From the NCBI GenBank assembly GCA_039679885.1, contig JBDKUC010000207.1:1-49703 (forward strand): a stretch of 49,703 bases of DNA, in the 5' to 3' direction. The notes beneath the pieces are model-generated. The model searched no databases and was not told where the DNA came from. It saw only the letters and a list, made by a program, of their open reading frames with translations. The stretch's first letter is position 1. Each line of letters begins with the position of its first letter. Shown here piece by piece: positions 45,529 to 49,703 of the stretch. A program made the translations under genes and the position numbers. This DNA is from Thermoguttaceae bacterium. GTDB taxonomy: Bacteria > Planctomycetota > Planctomycetia > Pirellulales > Thermoguttaceae.

Positions 45529-45775
45529 CTATTTCTGCTTCGTTCTCTGCCGGGCGAGCAATCGACTACGTGCCTTTTCCGTAGCCCAGGCGTTTTACGC
45601 CTGAGACGACATATCCGACCCTTTTCTTCTTTTCTCTTCAGCCCCCTTCAGGGGCGCAGTTCCTGGTCTGGATTCACGCTCACCTTCGGTCCTCTCAAGC
45701 AGGTCCGACAGCGTCCTCAACAGATGATGCGTTCCCCCTGGCCCTGCGGCTTCGCCGTGTTCACCCGGTCCCGCG

Positions 45776-46003
45776 CTAAGCCCGTTCGCCGCTAGCGACG
45801 GCTGGTTTTGCGAAGGCCGGCGACATCGCTTCGATAGCGCGCATCGCTTCTGGATCGTAGACTTGTTCGTGGCAGTCAGGACAGTCGTAGAATTCAAGCT
45901 TTTCGACTGTGTAGACTTGACCGTTGTACTCGCCAGTCCACTTCCGGCGTACCTTCGCTATTTTCGGACTGCCGCAGGATGGGCATTTCGTGATTCTCAC
46001 CAT
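45776..46003 (-). CDS. YgiT-type zinc-ribbon protein (MqsA N-terminal-like antitoxin candidate)
   Basis: 75 aa. CPSCGS...(29 aa)...CPDCHE are two CxxC pairs in the YgiT/MqsA zinc-finger arrangement. It lies directly downstream of the DUF4258-like gene, with an 11-nt gap. Confidence 0.7.
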   Translation of the reverse strand: MVRITKCPSCGSPKIAKVRRKWTGEYNGQVYTVEKLEFYDCPDCHEQVYDPEAMRAIEAMSPAFAKPAVASGERA

Positions 46004-46014
46004 GTCAACGTCCC

Positions 46015-46326
46015 CTAGAAAGCCTTCTTCGATGAGATCAGGAAATAGTAGGTATCCTGACCAGCTTCGGTAACCAGCCTTCCCTTCGTGTAAATTGCCA
46101 ATCCGTTCAGATTTGTGCTCTCAATTATATGCAACATCTCCCGCCGCCCTCGACGATAGGGACTCGTTGACCGAATCGTTTTGTAGATCGCCACGGCATT
46201 AAGGATTGACTCGGCGACATCCAACTCCGTAATCTGATCGGCCTCCATTTCCATCCGCGCCTTCATGCTGAAGGCGTAGTTGCCGCCGAGGACAGCCCTC
46301 TTGATTCGTTTCAGAATGTCGCTCAT
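46015..46326 (-). CDS. DUF4258 / MqsR-like toxin candidate
   Basis: 103 aa and AT-richer. YAFSMKARMEMEADQITELDVAESILNA fits the DUF4258 pattern F-S-x-H/K-A-x-x-R-M-x-x-R-x-I-x-x-x-E-V. The C-terminal beta strands are LHIIESTNLNGLAIYTKGRL. Confidence 0.65.
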   Translation of the reverse strand: MSDILKRIKRAVLGGNYAFSMKARMEMEADQITELDVAESILNAVAIYKTIRSTSPYRRGRREMLHIIESTNLNGLAIYTKGRLVTEAGQDTYYFLISSKKAF

Positions 46327-46353
46327 GTCTCACCCCGCGGCACCCACCGGAAT

Positions 46354-46740
46354 CTATTCCACACTTCCCACGCGGAACCGCAGGTTCTCGATTCCATCAT
46401 CCGGCAAAAGCCGGGCCAACGATTCGAGAAGCTTCTGCTTCTGGAAGCCCAACTCCTGCACCAAGGCCGAATGGGCCACGATCACCTCCAACGTTCCGCG
46501 CCGCAGTTGGCCGGGACGCGTGTATTGCGCCACCAGCGGGCCGGCCGCCTCACGCCAGGCCGCCTCATAGTTCGCCGCGCTCTGGACCCGGCCGTAGCCC
46601 CGCCGAGCCATCAGCTCCGACAGCAGTTCGCCAATCGCCTGCGGACCGCGAGGGCCCTGACTGCGGGATCCGTTTCGCACCAACCAACCTCCGTTCGCTC
46701 GGTCGCCGCCACCACGCGCGGCTTTTTGCTCCGGCCTCAC
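46354..46740 (-). CDS. DUF721 protein (DciA-type replicative helicase loader family)
   Basis: IGELLSELMARRGYGRVQSAANYEAAWREAAGPLVAQYTRPGQLRRGTLEVIVAHSALVQELGFQKQKLLESL is the DUF721 pattern. It occupies the position between dnaN and gyrB. The start is GTG. Confidence 0.8.
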   Translation of the reverse strand: MRPEQKAARGGGDRANGGWLVRNGSRSQGPRGPQAIGELLSELMARRGYGRVQSAANYEAAWREAAGPLVAQYTRPGQLRRGTLEVIVAHSALVQELGFQKQKLLESLARLLPDDGIENLRFRVGSVE

Positions 46741-46772
46741 GCGGAGCGTGAGGAGTACCCTACGCTACTACG

Positions 46773-47894
46773 CTACCGATCCCGCGCCAGCGGCATCAAC
46801 ACATACGCGTAGCCGTCTTCGGTAAGGCACAAGGCCGCGCTGTCGGCGTCGCGAAGCTCCATCGTAAAATTCTGCTCGGGCGCCAGCACCTTGAGGAAAT
46901 CGCTCAGATACCGCGGGTCAAGCGTAATGCCAATCTCCGCCCCGTCGTAAGCGACGGGCAGTTCAATATGGGCCTCGCCCAGTTCGGCCCCATGGCCGGC
47001 CAGCGAGATCTTCCCGCCACCAAAGGTGAAATCCACGCCGCGTCGCTCGTCGCTGGTGACGATGGCCGCTTGGCGCACGGCCGCGTAGAACGGCCCGACG
47101 GTCAACTCGATCTTCGCCGCGCCCTCACGGCGAGGGAAGACGTCGCGCCACTTCGGAAAACGCCCCTCAACCAACCGTGTGTAAATCGTCGACCGGCCGC
47201 TGTGGACCATAACGTCGTTCTCGCGGGCCGAAAGCTGGATGTTGTCCTCGTTGTCGCCCAAGGCACGCTCGATCAGTTGCATCGCCCGAGTGGGGATGAT
47301 CGTCATGTGGTCGCCATTGGTGTGGTTGCCGACGGACTTCGCGGGGCCCTCTTGGCATGCCAGGCGGCGGCCGTCGGTGGCCACGGCGGTCACGCCTTTG
47401 TCGGTCAGTTCGAGCAGCACGCCGCCCAAGGCATACCGGCTGCTTTCGTTGTCCGTGGCATAGACGGTTCGCCGAACCACCTCGCGGAAGAACCGGGCCG
47501 ACATCTCGTGGTACTTCTGCTCCTCGAAGGCGATCACGTCCGGGAATTCGTCCGGGTTCTCCGAGGGCAACTGGAACTCGCTCCGCTGGCCCCGGATGAG
47601 GACCTTGCGGCCGTCACTCTCGATGGCCAGCTGTTCGTCGGAGCTCTCCGTCAAGATCTTGCCGAACCGATCGCGTGGCAGGACCACCTTGCCCGGCGCC
47701 TCGACGGCAAAGCCCGGCACGTCGACTCGAATGCCGACCTCAAGATCGGTGCCCATCAAGGTCGCGGCGTCGGCCGACAACTCCAATTTGACGTTCTGGA
47801 GGATCGGCTTGGGGCTGCGGGACGGCGCCACGCTGGCGGCCATTTGGAAGGCGTGCAGCAACTTGTCGCGTTCGCATGTCGCTTTCATGGTCAT
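46773..47894 (-). CDS. dnaN: DNA polymerase III subunit beta (sliding clamp)
   Basis: 373 aa. It has PILQNVKLELSADAATLMGTDLEVGIR..., RYALGGVLLEL... and TMELRDADSAALCLTEDGYAYVLMPLARDR. It lies downstream of dnaA. Confidence 0.95.
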   Translation of the reverse strand: MTMKATCERDKLLHAFQMAASVAPSRSPKPILQNVKLELSADAATLMGTDLEVGIRVDVPGFAVEAPGKVVLPRDRFGKILTESSDEQLAIESDGRKVLIRGQRSEFQLPSENPDEFPDVIAFEEQKYHEMSARFFREVVRRTVYATDNESSRYALGGVLLELTDKGVTAVATDGRRLACQEGPAKSVGNHTNGDHMTIIPTRAMQLIERALGDNEDNIQLSARENDVMVHSGRSTIYTRLVEGRFPKWRDVFPRREGAAKIELTVGPFYAAVRQAAIVTSDERRGVDFTFGGGKISLAGHGAELGEAHIELPVAYDGAEIGITLDPRYLSDFLKVLAPEQNFTMELRDADSAALCLTEDGYAYVLMPLARDR

Positions 47895-48153
47895 TGCCTT
47901 TCTTGAATTCTTTTTTGAAATAGCAGTATTAGTCTGCCGGCGCGAAATGTCGATGGATGGTCGCTCTCGGCACGCAAGCGTCCCTTACTAATCGACTTAC
48001 GACTTCATCTCACTCGCTGTAGCCAGGGGAAAAACTGACGATTCGCCGTTCCTCTACGGTTATTTCTTAGGCAATCGTCAGCAATTCTCTTTTGCCTCGG
48101 GCCGCGGCTGTTCACGCCGGACCGTCGATCGTCACCGCGCCGACGCTCAACAA

Positions 48154-49587
48154 TCACTTTTTCCACAATGCGGCCTGGAGCTGCTCGACGGCCGCCCGAA
48201 TCGCCGGGTCGTTGGTCAACGACTCCTTCGTCGTGCGGTAATTGTGCAGGACGGTCGTGTGGTCGCGACCGCCAAAGTAGCGGCCGATCTGTTCAAGTCG
48301 CTGGCCCGCGACGTCGCGGGCCAAATACACTGCCACGCCGCGCGCGGCCACCAGCGCCCGACGCCGCGAGGCGCTCTTCAGGTCCGACAGCCTCAACGAA
48401 AAATGCCGGGCCGTGGCCAACGCGATCTCGTGCAGGCTTGGCTGCCGGTCGCCGCGGCGGCGGGCGAGATACCGCCGGGCCGCGGCCACGTCGAGCCCGC
48501 CTTCGGCAAAATCGTGCTGACCATCTCGCGTCGCCCCACCGGCCGCACCGTAAACGGCCAGCTCGATCAGCGCCGCGGCCAGGTCGCGAGCCGTGCCGCC
48601 AACGCCATCGGCCAGGACTTCGGCGACCGGGTCCGGCAAATCGATCTGCCGCATGGCGGCCAACTGCCGTAGCAGGGCCAAGCGGGTCTCGGGCCCCGGC
48701 GGCGAGAGCCGAACGACGAGCCCTTCCGTCAGCCGACTCTGCAGCATGGGGATGATGCCTGGCAACTCGGCCGGCGGGGCCGAGGCGGTGACCACCACCC
48801 AGCGGCCGTCGACCGTCAGCGCGTCAATCGTTCGAACCAATTCCTCCTGTGCACTGAGTTTTTCCGACTTCGGCGTCGCCAACTGGCCGAGGTCCTCGAC
48901 GACCAGCATCGAAGCGCACCGGTGCTTCGCCCGAAACTCGTCGACCGCCTGGGTTTCAATCGCATCGGCCAACTCACGGGCGAAATCAACCGCCGTCGTG
49001 CAGACGATTCGCGGTTTCTCCGCCGTAATGTACTCTTCACGCTCCCCCTTAACGTACTCAAGCCCTGCCCGGCCTCCGTCCCCTCCCTTAACGTACTCTT
49101 CACGCTCCGCGTGAAGCGCTTTGCGGCGGCCTCCGTCCTTCCCGTCAGCGTACTCTTCGTGAAGCCCCGTGTGGCCACCATCCACCACGTGCGGTTGGGG
49201 CAGCGTCCCATGCTGACTGTGCACACGCTGGCCCGGCCTACGTCGAGCCTTGCAGACCGCCGCCAAGCCCTGGGCCAAATGCGACTTGCCGGTCCCGCTC
49301 GCGCCGTAGAGCACCAGCGGGTTGTAGCCGTTCGCCCGGCCTTCGAGGACCGATCGCACGGCCACCTCGATGAGCCGATTCTCGGGCCCCGCCAAGAAGT
49401 GGGCCGACGCAGCGCGGGCGGCGGCTTGCCGTTTCACGCCGGGCTTGCCCGACGTTGGCTGACGGCCGGCAGTGGATGCTCGATCCGAATGTCGAGTCGA
49501 GACCCCGGGGCGGCAGGACGGTTGGTCCACGTCCGCAACCGCGGGCGTTCGCCCCGGCAGGGGGATCTCCACAACGGCATCTACCAT
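48154..49587 (-). CDS. dnaA: chromosomal replication initiator DnaA (short N-terminus; ~70-aa insertion after Walker A)
   Basis: Walker A is LVLYGASGTGKSHL and Walker B is MLVVEDLGQL. Domain IV is ...IALATARHFSLRLSDLKSASRRRALVAARGVAVYLARDVAGQRLEQIGRYFGGRDHTTVLHNYR. A repeat-built insertion lies at about 49018-49239. Confidence 0.9.
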   Translation of the reverse strand: MVDAVVEIPLPGRTPAVADVDQPSCRPGVSTRHSDRASTAGRQPTSGKPGVKRQAAARAASAHFLAGPENRLIEVAVRSVLEGRANGYNPLVLYGASGTGKSHLAQGLAAVCKARRRPGQRVHSQHGTLPQPHVVDGGHTGLHEEYADGKDGGRRKALHAEREEYVKGGDGGRAGLEYVKGEREEYITAEKPRIVCTTAVDFARELADAIETQAVDEFRAKHRCASMLVVEDLGQLATPKSEKLSAQEELVRTIDALTVDGRWVVVTASAPPAELPGIIPMLQSRLTEGLVVRLSPPGPETRLALLRQLAAMRQIDLPDPVAEVLADGVGGTARDLAAALIELAVYGAAGGATRDGQHDFAEGGLDVAAARRYLARRRGDRQPSLHEIALATARHFSLRLSDLKSASRRRALVAARGVAVYLARDVAGQRLEQIGRYFGGRDHTTVLHNYRTTKESLTNDPAIRAAVEQLQAALWKK

Positions 49588-49703
49588 TCGGGTCCGTCCT
49601 CTTGATCTGAAGCCTTCATTGTAGCGTTTTTTGCCGAAGATGACGAGATGGGCAGGGGGTCGCGCAGGGCCGATCAGTTTTCGATGGTAGGGTGGGTCGG
49701 GCG

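Noticed and set aside
48161-48169. TTTTCCACA, an 8/9 match to the DnaA box TTATCCACA.
   Set aside because: It is a single copy located inside the dnaA coding 3' end (codons for ...LWKK). An isolated near-match is expected by chance and does not define an origin.
49018-49239. An intein in dnaA.
   Set aside because: The insertion is only ~70 aa. It lacks the N-terminal Cys/Ser, the C-terminal His-Asn plus Cys/Ser/Thr junction residues and the Hint blocks. It is built from tandem repeats.

Overview
GC-rich bacterial chromosome segment. The gene content points to Planctomycetota, Pirellulales-like (this is inference): two DUF1559/H-X9-DG prepilin-like proteins, a DUF11 repeat protein, a PEP-CTERM protein, a PilMNOPQ plus GspE/GspF-type machine, and many families of short palindromic intergenic repeats.

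Layout, left to right:
- 1-1967: a DUF11 surface protein gene that runs off the left edge and is missing from the supplied ORF track.
- 2150-5300: an AT-richer accessory islet with an unknown gene, hicB and hicA, followed by a lipoprotein gene whose 3' end is duplicated around a membrane-protein gene.
- 5399-9525: DUF1559 protein, PEP-CTERM protein, radical SAM enzyme and an orphan EcfT fusion.
- 9577-18620: housekeeping-type genes (alpha/beta hydrolase, HAD phosphatase, DCC thiol oxidoreductase, URO-D family, NodT outer-membrane factor, glycerate kinase).
- 19055-36631: a ~17 kb type IV pilus / type II secretion-like cluster. It holds three pseudopilins, a GspK-like protein, a GspH-like protein, PilM, PilN, a PilO-PilP fusion ORF, a secretin, a TPR lipoprotein, an embedded histidine kinase, receiver and STAS protein, a GspE/PilB ATPase and a GspF/PilC platform protein.
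- 37178-42906: SGNH hydrolase, sigma-70 factor, a second DUF1559 protein, and an MFS / mini-protein / membrane-protein operon.
- 43000-49587: the origin-proximal set dnaA-dnaN-dciA(DUF721)-[toxin-antitoxin]-gyrB.

Most notable observations:
- gyrB carries one in-frame TAG inside its TOPRIM domain.
- dnaA carries a ~70-aa in-frame insertion built from tandem DNA repeats.
- A DUF4258/zinc-ribbon TA pair is wedged between dciA and gyrB.
- Several spacers in the pilus cluster are filled by hairpins whose arms are tandem 7-nt units. About 15 such heptamers sit directly in front of the ATPase gene.
- At least ten repeat families are present. They include a 158-bp three-hairpin element in two ~95% identical copies, and repeats lying inside reading frames.

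I saw no rRNA, tRNA, CRISPR array, transposase or integrase. All coordinates include the stop codon, as in the ORF track. Start codons are my best choice and several are uncertain. No database search or computation was possible.
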